This document shows positions 1 through 11,877 of a DNA stretch of 36,693 nt, one piece after another (within the stretch, counting starts at the first letter, position 1; every line of letters starts with the position of its first letter). Source of the stretch: Catajapyx aquilonaris (taxonomy: Eukaryota); assembly GCA_000934665.2 (NCBI GenBank), contig KZ538217.1:62001-98693 (forward strand). The letters run 5' to 3'. Below the pieces are notes generated by a model that saw nothing but the letters and a program-made list of their open reading frames with translations, did not search any database and was not told the DNA's origin. Both the position numbers and the translations under genes were made by a program.

Positions 1-888
1 AATTGTACAAAAACAAGGAGTCGCTCAGGCAACATATGGCAACACACTCTGAGATACTGAGGTACAAGAATAATAAATAAATAATTGAAGTCATGTTAAT
101 CAATTTTTCTTGAACCAGGTACACATGTGAAGTGTGCTCAAAAGCATTTCGTCAGCACAGCCGGCTTCAGGAGCATATGATGATCCACACAGGAGAACGT
201 CCCCACATATGCGACACATGCGGCAAGGGTTTCCTTCACCGATCGAAGCTTAACGAGCATGTTCTTCACCACCAAGATCCAAGCCCGTACCCATGTAAGG
301 AATGCGGTAAACGTCTAGCATCACGCTTCTCTCTGGCTGAACATCTGCGACAACACACTGGCGAGAAACCCTACAAATGCCAGCAGTGCGGCAGCCAATT
401 CGGTTCAAGAGGACAACTGGCGTATCACAAGCGTTCGCACATACAGGACCAAGATTCGCTTATGTACATGTGTGGAGCGTGTGGCCGACATTTCAGGTTG
501 TAATTGGTGTCGACATGTTGTAGCCGTAAATACTGATGAACGTTTCAATTTCTACAGGTCAGTTAGCGGGCTCCACTATCATCGCGAACGTGCACATGGG
601 AAAAGAGAGGCGTATGCTTGCACCGAGTGTGGGAAAGTACTGGACACGTACACCAAGCTGGTGTTGCATCGCCGCCTACATGCAAGCCCACACACATGCA
701 CCGAGTGCGGGAGAAGGTTTCACAGCAAGAGGAAGCTGTCCACACACGTAGCCTCACATGATGCGGGGAAACTCAGGCATGTGTGCAGCGAGTGCGGAGC
801 TGCATACTCGCTTCCCGCAGGACTTCAGGCTCACAACGAACAAGTGCACCAGAAGCAAGGAGAAGACGGGACGCAGGTTCTATTTTGA
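1..888 (+). CDS. C2H2 zinc-finger array protein, 3' part (5' end outside window). Exons <1-61, 119-496, 558-888
   Basis: Tandem C-x2-C...H-x3-H fingers with HTGERPH and HTGEKPY linkers. GT-AG introns 62-118 and 497-557 join the frames. Stop at 886-888; AATAAA at 1144-1149. Confidence 0.92.
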
Positions 889-1397
889 GAACGTAAGACA
901 TGCGATAAGTGTAATTGACATATCAGTGTGTCGCCACTGAGACGACAAAATTGTTGATTTGCTTGTGGAATAATTTTAATTTATTGTTATTACCGCTGAG
1001 GCCGTGAAGACATTGGGAAGGCTCCAGAATAATTATTTCACACAATCTTCGCTTACGTAAACCAACAATTATTTTTGTTTGCATTTACACTCTACTATTT
1101 AAGATTCTGTCTACCTGGATCTGTGTACTTGCAACATATTGTGAATAAATTGTTTTAATTAATTGTGTGCCCCTTAATTTTCATGATTCATATGCTGACC
1201 ACCAACATTTAAGCCGCGTTTACATGCGAGGGATTTATCAGCAATGTTTCAGCTATGTAACCCATTTTTTGGGGGTGAACATACATCGCTGCAACATCGC
1301 TTGCATTTTGAAGTTTGCAATATTAATTACGTGGAGACCTGCATTTATTTTACAGAAGATTTTATTGCAATCCAACCGTTGTTATAACTGAGTAATT

Positions 1398-1903
1398 TTA
1401 CTGTAACAACTTGAAGTTATTTTCCGGAGTTTGCGATACCGTAAATGGCGTCATAAGTAGCTGAAACGTGGCTTCATTCATGTCCATCTCATTTTCCGAA
1501 TGACTCTGCACCACGTCGCATCCTCTTCGCTGCGGATGGCGTGACACACTGATGTTACGTGCTCCAGTCACAGTGTCCAGCGTCATTTTCCTAGTCTCTA
1601 TATTCCCGTCCCCGCAACGCCTGACCAGCATCGTCTCCTCGATTCTGGGGTTGTCCGACACCTTGGGGGGAGTAATGAGTATGCACGTTGGAGGCAAGTT
1701 CTCGTGAGGCTCGTCGCACAGGAAGGTCATGTTGTACACGTACTTAGTTCGAGCTCTGATCTCAATTGAGGTTCGCACTGGTTTGTCGCCCATATGCGTC
1801 ACACACGGTATGCCCAACGGACCTGTAAAAATCATTGTAATTATAACCCACTGACACTTTTCTGACCCAAGTTCATACCTGTCACAACTTTGAAGTACGC
1901 CAT
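1398..1903 (-). CDS. Hypothetical ~150-aa protein of unrecognised family (MAYFKVVTGPLGIPCVTHMGDKP...). Exons 1903-1879 and 1822-1398
   Basis: Open frame that is GC-richer than its AT-rich flanks. A 56-nt intron (ag|gtatga ... ttttacag) links an upstream ATG in frame. Minus-strand AATAAA at 1349-1344. Confidence 0.6.
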
Positions 1904-2546
1904 TTGACTCCGGTTCAACTTGAGAATTTCTCATCTTCCAAATAATATCATTTTTTCTCTCTCTCTTTTGGCCAGTTTCTAAGCAACCATAAGTATTCAC
2001 AGACAACAGTGTCTGTTGTAAATATGATTTTTTTTTTACTGTTGTCCATGCAATAATTTGATCCTATTTTAAAGAGGCAACCATGTCGAGCATATGATCG
2101 GCCGCTGTTTGTTTCCTTAACAAGTAGGCCGCTCTACTGTACTCTCTGAAGTCAGGACAGGTGCATACACGCACGTAGACAACTACACATGCAATTATCC
2201 TAATTTCGCTAATTTTTAATTTGCAGCCAAACAGAACATTTTTGCATTTTTCTCTTTTTAAAAGTTTGGCAGCTACTTTAAGCAGCTATTTCCTGACAAG
2301 TTACTTATTTACAGCCGCTACGTTAGTCCGAGCCCGCACGTGCTGGCTGAGGTGAACACATATTATTATGAAAATACTTGCACACATATTAGATGGACGC
2401 GCAATTTGGCGTGGTTTCCACTTGAATTTTTTTTTTGGCAAAAATTTGTTTTTCTTCAAAAATTTCTCTCAAAAAAATCTCCTGCGGTTTCGGTAGACGG
2501 ACTCGGGCTGCCCTGAGCCACTCGAAGTCGGGTTGTGGAGCGGTAG

Positions 2547-5433
2547 ATGGTAGAGCCTTCCGACTCCAGCAACTTGCAGGAGTGTCGTAGGTATATTAAT
2601 TATTTTAACATCAACGGGAAGCAATTTGGCTTAAATATTTGCGCAGTATTTAAGTATTTATTGTTTCAACATTTAGTAGGCAAAAGGAAGTAATGGAGAT
2701 GGGCAGAAATTTGCTAGAGTCTTCCGCAGCCAATTTGTCCGTAACTTCAATTATTGCGAAGTACCATTCATGAAGAGGAAATGGTATTTTTTAATGTTTT
2801 GCCTCAGTACTTAGTGTTTATTATTTAATATTTAATAGTAAAGCAGCACGTGGAAATGACTTATGGCCAGAATATTTTATGCAGATAATTACATCGTAAC
2901 CTCAAATTGCGAAATGCAGGTCATGAAGATGACAATGACATTTAATGACAAAGGTTTTTTGATCACAATAGTCAGTTTCACACTATTTTAATTGATTCTC
3001 CGCATCATAGTGTGTAAGAGCGGTAAAATTATTCATAAATTAATAAATATGTCGACGATAAATATTAATTCGAGTCCTTAAAATTAGCATTAGCAGTGAG
3101 CATAGAAGAAATTATAATATCAATTGCATGACCTGTTCAGGCCAAAAACATTGCAATATAAAGTAGCACAATAGTTTGCCTGTCATCTATAATAGATATA
3201 ACAGCATGTCAACCGTGCTGCCATGGACTTGAGCTTTTTGCGGCATCAAAAGGTCATGAAGTAGGGGGGGGGGGTTGAACTGGCAGGCTGCCAGATGCCC
3301 CACATTTTCGTTACGTATCACTTATGAGTGTGGCTATAAAAGGAGGCCAACTCGACTCATATCTTCCTTTTTTACCATTTGCAGTGGTATATACGGGTGC
3401 CAGTGCGCTGTGGTCTGGGGATCTCTACTGAAATTGACCAAAGGAGCGGAGAAGCCAGCGGAAAATATGGAGTTGGGACTCAGGTGATGTGCCTTTAATT
3501 AAATACTAATAAATAAAAGTAATATAAAAATTGAGATTAAGGCCACGTTTGCTTGAAAGCGATTTGGATCAGCAATGTGCAGCAATGAAACCAATTATTT
3601 TGGATGAAAATAAATTGCTACCATGATTGTTACTTTTGCTCAGCGATAGTCGTCGCTGCACATCGCTAATCAAATCAATCGCATGTAAACGCGGCCTAAG
3701 AAATATAAGATAGCTGCGTTAGGAAGTAGATAAGCCTTGCAATTATTATTATCAGCATTAAAATTGTAATCTTTATAAAGAACCGGATTACCATGAAGTC
3801 ATATTCCAACTGAGATTCATATCTGCACCGGGTAAATTAGCCAAAAGCAAACTTGTTACTGATTTACAAAGGTCGTAATCCCAATTAGGCCGTGATTACA
3901 TGTGATCAGCAATGAAAGTAATTGTTTGGGAGCGAAACGCGATTGTGACTTTCGATCCAAACAATTGGTTTCGTAGCTCACATGTAAAGCGGCCATATGA
4001 GATGCATTCACTTATTTTTTTCTGAAGGTTACGTAGCATGCTCTATGAGTAATGAATTTCAGTGACTTTAAATAAATGACTTTTCATCTCACTTTTTTTT
4101 TTTTTGAAAAAGGGAGACTATGCTTCTGGGCATGGGAAACCCCCTCCTGGACATCATTGCCATGACGGATGACGCATTTTTGGTCAAGTACGGCATGAAG
4201 CCGAACGACGCCATCCTGGCCGAGGAGAAGCACATGCCCATGTACGAAGAGATGGTTCAGGCGTACAAGACCGAGTTCATAGCCGGAGGGGCCACGCAGA
4301 ATGCCATGCGCACGGTCCAGTGGGTGGTCGGGAAGCCAAAGGTCTGTGCTTTCATGGGATGCATTGCGAAGGATGAGTTCGGAAAGATCCTGGAGGAGAA
4401 GGCGGCAGGGGATGGGGTGCATTGCAGGTACCAGTACAGCGACAAAGAACCTACAGGTATCCAGTTGGTTTACTTAAGATAAATTTTCTTCTGTAATTAT
4501 GCTCTGTATGACTGGCATCGGCAATGACATTTTTCTTCTCGCACTAGGTACTTGTGCGGTGGTCGTGACCAAGGGTGGAACCCAGCGTTCTCTCTGCGCT
4601 AACCTGGCCGCCGCGAACTGCTTCACCCGGGACCACCTGGACATCCCGGAGAACGTGGACATACTGGAGAAGGTCTCCTACATCTACATCTCGAGCTTCT
4701 TCCTCACCGTCAGTCCGGACAGCATAATGCAGGTGGCTAAGCATGCCTCCCAGCACAACAAGGTCTTCGCCATGAACTTCAGCGCTCCGTTCCTCTGCCA
4801 GTTCTTCAAGGGCCCCATGATGGACGCCTTCCCTTACGTTGACATCATGTTCGGAAACGAAGCGGTATTGCGCAATTGAGAGTAAACCCAGCGTACCTGT
4901 AGTTGAATGTCTTGTTCCGAGTATACTAGCAGTTTCAGCTTTTGACGTAAACATTTACTAACGCACAACCGACTATTCCAGGAAGCGGCCACATTCGGCA
5001 AGGAGCAGAATCTGGGTAGCGAGGACCTCCGTGAGATAGCCCTGAGAGCGGCTGCCCTCCCGAAGGAAAACAAGCTGAGGGACAGAATAGTGGTGGTGAC
5101 CCAAGGGTCGGATCCCGTAATTGTAGCGCACAGAGGCGAAATCAAGGAGTTCGAAGTGAACCAGCTCGATGAGAGCACGATTGTCGACACCAATGGAGCG
5201 GGAGACGCATTTGTCGGAGGTAATATCGTATTATTGAAACTCCGTTTCCGCATCACAGTGCGACAATGTCGTTCGTAAAATTAATGTCTGGACTTAATAT
5301 TTCAGGTTTCCTGGCGCAGTTGATTCAAGAGAAGCCTCTGGAGCTGTGCATAAAATGCGGAATCTGGGCGGCAACCCAAATAATCAAGCAGTCCGGCTGC
5401 AGTTTTCCGGCAGACATGACCTTCAAGGAATGA
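2547..5433 (+). CDS. ADK: Adenosine kinase (PfkB family). First exon 2547-2590 or 3467-3483, then 4113-4456, 4548-4864, 4982-5219, 5306-5433
   Basis: Motifs LGMGNPLLDI, AGGATQN, RSLCANLAAAN, NFSAPFLCQF, GNE and the PfkB signature DTNGAGDAFVGGFL. All introns are GT-AG and preserve the frame. Confidence 0.97.
3335..3342 (+). promoter_or_regulatory. TATA box upstream of the proximal ADK first exon
   Basis: TATAAAAG in GC-flanked context about 130 nt upstream of ATG 3467. Confidence 0.55.
3541..3696. mobile_element. MITE family 1 copy (PIF/Harbinger-like)
   Basis: Inverted termini ggccacgttt... / ...catgtaaacgcggcc flanked by TAA on both sides. Confidence 0.75.
3888..3994. mobile_element. MITE family 1 copy
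   Basis: ggccgtgattacatgtga ... tcacatgtaaagcggcc, with the family's internal aattgtttgg...ccaaacaatt hairpin. Confidence 0.7.
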
Positions 5434-6286
5434 CGAGCGGGACATTACTCGGACGGACGTTATAATAATGGAGGATTATATAGGAACGTGTTTTTTTGCT
5501 GTTGAATGGCTTGCAATATCAATGACCAAATTATACTGAACACATGCGTTAACAACGACCAAGTTTATGTTACGAGCTGCTACTTGCTCGAATATTAGGT
5601 ACATTTTTTTCATAATAAAAGATGTTGATTTTTGCGAGATCATGTGATTGGCATGAGACACCGCTTGTCTCCAGTAGACATTGAATTTTTTGTGTTTTCA
5701 CTTGAATTTTTTTTTCTCTTCCAATCCCAGTACCTTTGTGACCTTTCACCTCGACATGACCCCACGCATGCTCTTTCTCCTTCCACAGAATCTGTTTTCA
5801 GCGATTCTTTCTCAATACATTTTCAATCATAAATTATGCGCCGGATAAATAATAATAATTGGTGTGTGTGTCCAGCATTATTTATTTAATCCACAATAAT
5901 AATAATAAATCTACAGGCATTACGAATTTAATACAGACTTGCAGTTTAAAGAATTTGAATGAACAACATGCTGCTTTTTATTTTCGAGAACAAACTTTGC
6001 TAAATTAAATTCTCGCGAAATATATTTTGAAGTTTCCGCGCTTCTCTTTTTTTGCAAATCGTTTTCCAAAATGGCGTCTCTTTGCTTCTCATTCGAGGGA
6101 ACGTGGGCTTGATTCTTTGTCCAGGGGATTTATTTCTGCCTCCTGCTGCATACTCCTGGATCCTGAGCAGCTTCCAGGTCTGCTGGAGTCTTTCTGGATA
6201 TAGACAGGTAGGCTCGTTGAACTGCATGAATAATTACATTTGCATTGTTTTGTGTAATGGGGTTTGGACATCACAGGGGGTTGAAC

Positions 6287-9200
6287 ATGCCGTACTGTGC
6301 GGTACTGAGCTGTCCTGGGAAGGAAAAAATACATAGGTATCCGTCTACAAGTGGATCAAACTTGGAGCGTAGAAATGTATGGATCGAACGGACTAATCGC
6401 ATGGCAAAAGACGGTGGACCGTGGCAGCCGTCGCAATCAGCTGGATTATGCGATGTAAGTGTGTGGCTGGCCGTACAGAAATTGCTAGAGTACCAGTACG
6501 ATCATGCATGTGTTTCTTCTATTTAATGCGACTATTTAATTGCAGGCTCACTTTGAAAAGTCGCAGTTCGAGTTGCATCGGAGGGACGGCTTGAAGAAGC
6601 TCAAGCCTAATGCTCTTCCGACCTTGTTTCCTCAGCCCATAGGAAAGCTTCCTTCCCATGGGAAAGTTGGTCGGAAGCAACAACATGTGGTTCGCACAGA
6701 AGTTGATGAGACTCTGACTTCTCCCAAAGGCAGGAAAAAGGGTCGGACGAAGGAAACGGTAGAGAAGGAAGCGGAAAAGAAGAGCAGCGAGGAAGATGAT
6801 ATTGCACGGAATAATGGGGTGAATAAGAAGGTTAAGGAGGTGAGGATTACTAATTAACAATAATTGAGTACTAATCATTGACAATATGTAAATAATAATT
6901 GATTACTAATCATTGACAATAAGTAAATAATTGATTACTAATCATTGACAATAAGTAAATAACGTAAATTACAGTATGCCTTGAGGAGCAAGAAGGTAAC
7001 GCCTGCTAACCTCCTTTCATCGAGATCCAAGATGCAGTCGAGACGTACAAGAGGCACAAAGAGGAAGGCGGAGGAGCCCGTTGATTTGGTTAGTCGTTGG
7101 CTCCGTAAGGTAATCAATTTGGATATGATGATGCCAATGTCGCTTAATTATTTCAAGGTGTGTGTATCCGAGACACCCTCGAGCGCCAGGAAGAGAAAGG
7201 CAGAGGATGCCGCAGAGCCCATTGATTTGGTAAGTCAACAGCATATATTGAAATCATGGGCATCAAAGTCACTTTAATTATTTTAAAATGCGATTGTCAG
7301 TATATCATTATTTTTTTTCTCTTACTAGACAATGGACACCATGAGGAATATTCAAGCTGAGGTGTCTGAAGCAAGTGAAGGACAGGTATCTGAAGCAATA
7401 AATGAAGGAGACGTGAGCATGACATACTGTGAAAGTAGCTTTAAATGTCCGTTGTGCTGCAGCGAAAGCATGACATCTCTTCTCGCCCTAAAATGTCACT
7501 TGGAGTGGGTTATGGATCGCCTCCGCTGCCCTATCTGCAGTGACAAGTTCGTGAGTCTCAGGAGCATGGTCAAGCATCTGGAAGGACATCTGGTTAGATG
7601 TGAGTTATCTCGGGCACAAGAAGAAAGGTGTGAAGTCGCAGAAGAGACAACCATGCATGAGGACACTGACAATGTTGAAGATCATTCTCAGGTCAGCCAA
7701 GATAATAAATCCGCACAGACAAAATTTTTTCAGTGTTCTAATATTGAGCTGGTACTAATTTTGGGAGGAAACAATGAACTTAATGTAATTAGGACTATCA
7801 CTGCAAAAGCTATCAATTTTTCCATTCTCGCACTGTGAAGTCAAGTCGACTCAGAGTAATAAAAGGAAGCATATTAGTTAGTGTCATAAAATTATTGGAA
7901 CATGTGTGTTAAAGTTGGGATCACTTGACAGGATGATGGGTTAATCGCTGCTGATGAAGTGAACATGTCGGAAGGAGAGAAGTCTGATGCTGCGGATCTA
8001 CTGGAAAGCAGGACTGAGGTAAGCCTCCAGAGATGTTACAAGTAATAATTTTTATTGTCGTTCATATCTTATAATAATCATTGTCACTACAGGCTAAAGA
8101 AGAAGCCTTCAAGGTCCCACATGACCACTGCTACTCCAACAAGAAGGATGCACCGCAAGAAGACCTGACTTTAACAGAAACTAATAGTGAAGTGTTGGAT
8201 GACACTTTCACAGTGCCTTTGGTATTGCCTATAACGGTCACGCCTTCAACTGACCTTCCAATCAAGGTAGCTGCCGATGCGAATGGGCAGCTCATGCTGG
8301 AGATGGATCCCGGAGAAATGACATCGGCCATAACTACAGATCCTGCACCACTGATTCTTCCACCTGAGGTTCTTCAGTATGTGTTACAGAACGAAGCCCA
8401 GAGAAGAGCGGAAATCCCTTCACAGATGTCCTGGTGTATTGTGAAGGAACACAAACCACTTCCTGTTGCGAAAGCTATCCCGGAGAGGTGAGACATTTTT
8501 GTGGCTCACTCGTTTCAGGTCGCAAATTTCGGTTGAAGTTCTGTTGATGCAGGTTTCATTTTCGTATAGAAACAAATGTGGACTTTTGCATATCATAACT
8601 CGACTTCTTTCTGTTGCAGGGAAGACAAGCCCATAAGGCGTCTAAAATGCCACCGTTGCTATCGTAAATTCCGGCACCCGCGGGGTCTTCAAGATCACCA
8701 GCTAGATCACGCTACTCAAGATTCGGTGTGCGATAAGTGCGGTGAGGTATGCCCTTCGTTGCATGACCTTAAGACTCACTTGCGCACCCATAAGCGCAAA
8801 ACATACACTGCCCAATGCAACTTGTGCCAAAAAGTGGTGTCACGAAACAAGTTCAAAGAGCATATGGTTAGGCATGGTGAGCCGCACTTTGAGTGCCAGA
8901 CGTGCGACAAGAAGTTCTTCTTCGAGGCCAGCTTGGTGAGGCACACCTGGAAGCATACCGGAGTCAAGCCGCACTTGTGTGACACATGCGGAAAGACCTT
9001 CTCCACTTTAGATAAGATCAGAAGGCATTTGACCACTCACACTTCCCCCCAACATGGCCAATGCGAGAAGTGCAACGTCCAGTTCATGAGCTTGCACCAC
9101 AAAAAGGTACTTTAACAGGCTTTTTATTTAAGTCTGAAGCGTCTAAGGCCCATAATTTTCTAGGTTCACAAAAGGTGGCACTCTATTCAAGAGGAGCGCT

Positions 9201-9663
9201 GCGGTTTGCGATGCGACGCATGTTCCTTGGATTTCACGTCACTGGAGGAATATTCCGAACACATGAAGACTTCTCATGCTGGCAATGCTTCTATTGAATG
9301 TGATATTTGCAAGAAGCAGTTCAAAAATGAAGGTGCTCTCAGCCATCACATGCAATGGTGTCACATCCAGCCCTTGCAATGCCCCATATGCGATCGTCGT
9401 CTCGCCACAAAACCCACCCTCAAGGTCCATATTGAGAATCACAAGCTTGGAAAAGCCAGGACATTAAGGTAAGTTGGCAGCTTAAGAGCTATCCGGAATG
9501 TATATATAGAGATGTTATTCACTAACTGACATTTCATCACAGGGGTCGCAAAGGACATCGAAAGCGAGGATCGGATAAAAAGCCAGTCAGAACGAGGCGG
9601 AAAAAAATCAAAGCGACCGATTCGGCATCTACGCCGTTCGTAGCCGAAGATGATGCGCAATAA
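6287..9663 (+). CDS. Gene A: THAP + CPLCC double finger + HCF-binding motif + C2H2 array. Exons 6287-6454, 6546-6839, 6975-7088, 7158-7229, 7329-7691, 7932-8018, 8093-8487, 8620-9106, 9164-9468, 9543-9663
   Basis: THAP signature MPYCAVLSC...W...LCD|AHF...LKPNALPTLF; CPLCC module; DHCY at 8123-8134; C2H2 fingers with an HTGVKPH linker. Every junction is GT-AG and in frame. A 5'-UTR intron is likely at 6208-6276. Confidence 0.88.
6859..6962. repeat. Intronic tandem repeat, about 3 x 32-35 nt
   Basis: Unit aataattgattactaatcattgacaataagtaaat occurs three times with minor variants. Confidence 0.9.
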
Positions 9664-9724
9664 TGGTGCGATTTGTGGCATAAGCTCAAAAATTTATTTG
9701 AGCTGCAGAATATATTGCCTTCAT

Positions 9725-10064
9725 AGGGGAGACTGAGTGGCGCCGCGGTAACGTGCGCGCCCACGGATGTTAAGGTCCCGGGTTCGATCCCAGCCCGGGG
9801 ACACCCCCTTCATCTCGTGCAGAGTTTAGGGCCATCTCTGACTTCGTCTCGGGTGGTATTTCCTATAGACTAAACCACCCAGGGGAGCTCACAAAATGAC
9901 CACATATGTCATTGCACTGCACTTGCACATCCCCTCCTGTCATCCTCCCTATCGCTCGCTGTACCCGGGCGTTACGGCAAAAGGACCAACTGTATCAAGC
10001 TTGTACAAATTTAAGCATAAATAAAGGTACTGTGCCGATGCCCTAGGGCGGTGCACTAAAACCC

Positions 10065-10142
<78 letters not shown>
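9725..10142 (+). mobile_element. tRNA-derived SINE with (ATT)n tail and 14-bp target-site duplication
   Basis: Pol III A-box-like TGGCGCCGCGG and B-box GGTTCGATCCC at the head; (ATT)n tail about 10065-10142; flanks tatattgccttcat (9711-9724) and tatattgcctttat (10143-10156). Confidence 0.88.
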
Positions 10143-10147
<5 letters not shown>

Positions 10148-10673
10148 TGCCTTTATTTTCCAGTAAATATATTTCCCACCTCAGAGCTAACAAGATAAGA
10201 AGAAGTGCTGTGTATTGTAAGATGTCGAAACAATGTGCTGATTTTTTCATTGCTGCAGTGTAGGATTAACTTGGAATTCTGTACAACAATGGCAATACAT
10301 GTGTCATTGGGATATTTTTAGACTGTCGACAGTATTATTGTTTCAGAGGCAGTACTTAAATACGAGTTTGCGGACTGCGTTGTACAGATGGTGAATAAAT
10401 ATAGTGATTACTCTTCATAAGCCGTCAATGAGTTCACTCTGGCAGTATTACAATTTATGAGAAGATGAAATTGCTTCTTTTTTTTGTATGTTGCTATCCA
10501 GATTGATCGAAACTGAACAATATTTGTAATTGAATAAAAACGAATTGAATTGGGTTTCCTGTTTTCCCCGCATACTTTCCCGCCCGCCGCCATCTTTGTA
10601 TGGCCCACGCCCCATCACAGAAGCAGAGTGGAAAATTAAGACAGCCTGCTGAGAGAAGATACAAGATAGAAGA

Positions 10674-11515
10674 ATGGTTTCTTGTGTAGCCATAGGTTGC
10701 ACAAACAGATCATGCAAGAAGTATGACAAGAAAATTACATATCACATGTAAGTTTATTCATTCTCTTGATTTTTTGCATGTTGTATACACCATTCCTGCT
10801 GCATACATCACTCCTGACTTGTTTTTTCATGAGGTATTATATGGTTTCTTGGATAATGTTGATTATGACAAACAGGTTTCCCAAAAATCCTGAGAGGAGG
10901 AAGTTATGGATACGTGCAGTTCGAAGGAAGGATTGGAGCAAGCAGCCACCCGGGCCGTCTAAGATAATCCACCTCTGCTGTGAGCATTTCACAGAGGATT
11001 GCTTTGACCGAACGGGATTGGCGACTGTTCGACTGAGAGAAAATGCCATACCTACAGTCTTTCCGGGATTCCCATCTTATCTGCAGCATGTAAGTGAAGT
11101 AACAATCTATCTGAATAAAGATGTAATACACACGGTATAGTTGATAAAGTATATTTGACATTTCTAGCGACCTAAGGCAGTGCGAAAGCCTCCTAAGCGT
11201 CGGTCGTCTCTGTCCATCACAACAAGTGATGAGAAGAATGATGCAAGTAGTGAGCCACAGCATATACCTGATGCCGGCACAGTGAACATCACGACAGCTG
11301 GACCTTCAAGTTCAACAGTACCTAATCTGACGGAGCAACCGGATGCCACAGTGGACTTGGTTTCAGAATCGGCTTCGGCAAATGTTGTAGATACTCCACG
11401 CAAAGTCGCCCTTAAACGCAAGCTGGATAGTGTCACAGGTAAGTACAGTTCAGCTACAATTAAAAGTATGACGCGGACTTGTAGACGCTTAGTGAGAAAA
11501 ACTGCTGCGACTTAA
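10674..11515 (+). CDS. THAP + coiled-coil protein resembling a P-element transposase N-terminus, truncated (possibly pseudogenising). Exons 10674-10747, 10876-11089, 11168-11515
   Basis: MVSCVAIGCTNR...YHM|FPKNPERRKLW...LCCEHF...VRLRENAIPTVF, then TPRKVALKRKL. In-frame TAA at 11513-11515 is followed by 28 more open codons. AATAAA near 11635-11646. Confidence 0.8.
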
Positions 11516-11672
11516 ATAAGAAATCAATTTGGGGAACTCAAAAGTGGCAAATTGATATCAGGCGATGGCCTTGCTGTTCTTGAAGACATACCTGGGTTAT
11601 AGTAGAACCCAAATTGGCGAATATCTATTGGAAATAAATAAATAAATTGGACATTTAAAAGTATCGTCGATA

Positions 11673-11733
11673 TATCGATACAAAAAAATTAGCGATATAA
11701 TCTAGCCTTTCCAAGAATATCGATATATCGATA
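11673..11733. promoter_or_regulatory. Three TATCGATA (DRE-type) palindromes upstream of the second THAP/coiled-coil gene
   Basis: TATCGATA at 11673-11680, 11718-11725 and 11726-11733, 150-200 nt before ATG 11878. Confidence 0.5.
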
Positions 11734-11877
11734 TTACGTTACGTCACTTCCCGAAGCATCCCGAAGGTCCACTTCGCTCGGAACATTTTTTTCTTGTTCG
11801 ATTTCACGTTCGAATAATTATTCTCAGTTGATTATTGTTGATTGCTCTCTGTTGCAGCAGCCTTCCTTCCTTCAACA

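Noticed and set aside
9725..9800. tRNA gene
   Set aside because: A and B boxes are present but I could not fold a convincing cloverleaf. It continues into a body, (ATT)n tail and TSD, so it is a SINE head.
10056..10250. Poly-Ile ORF
   Set aside because: Translation of the (ATT)n SINE tail on the reverse strand.
10600..11640. Intact P element around the THAP gene
   Set aside because: No paired TIRs, no 8-bp TSD and no catalytic domain could be found.
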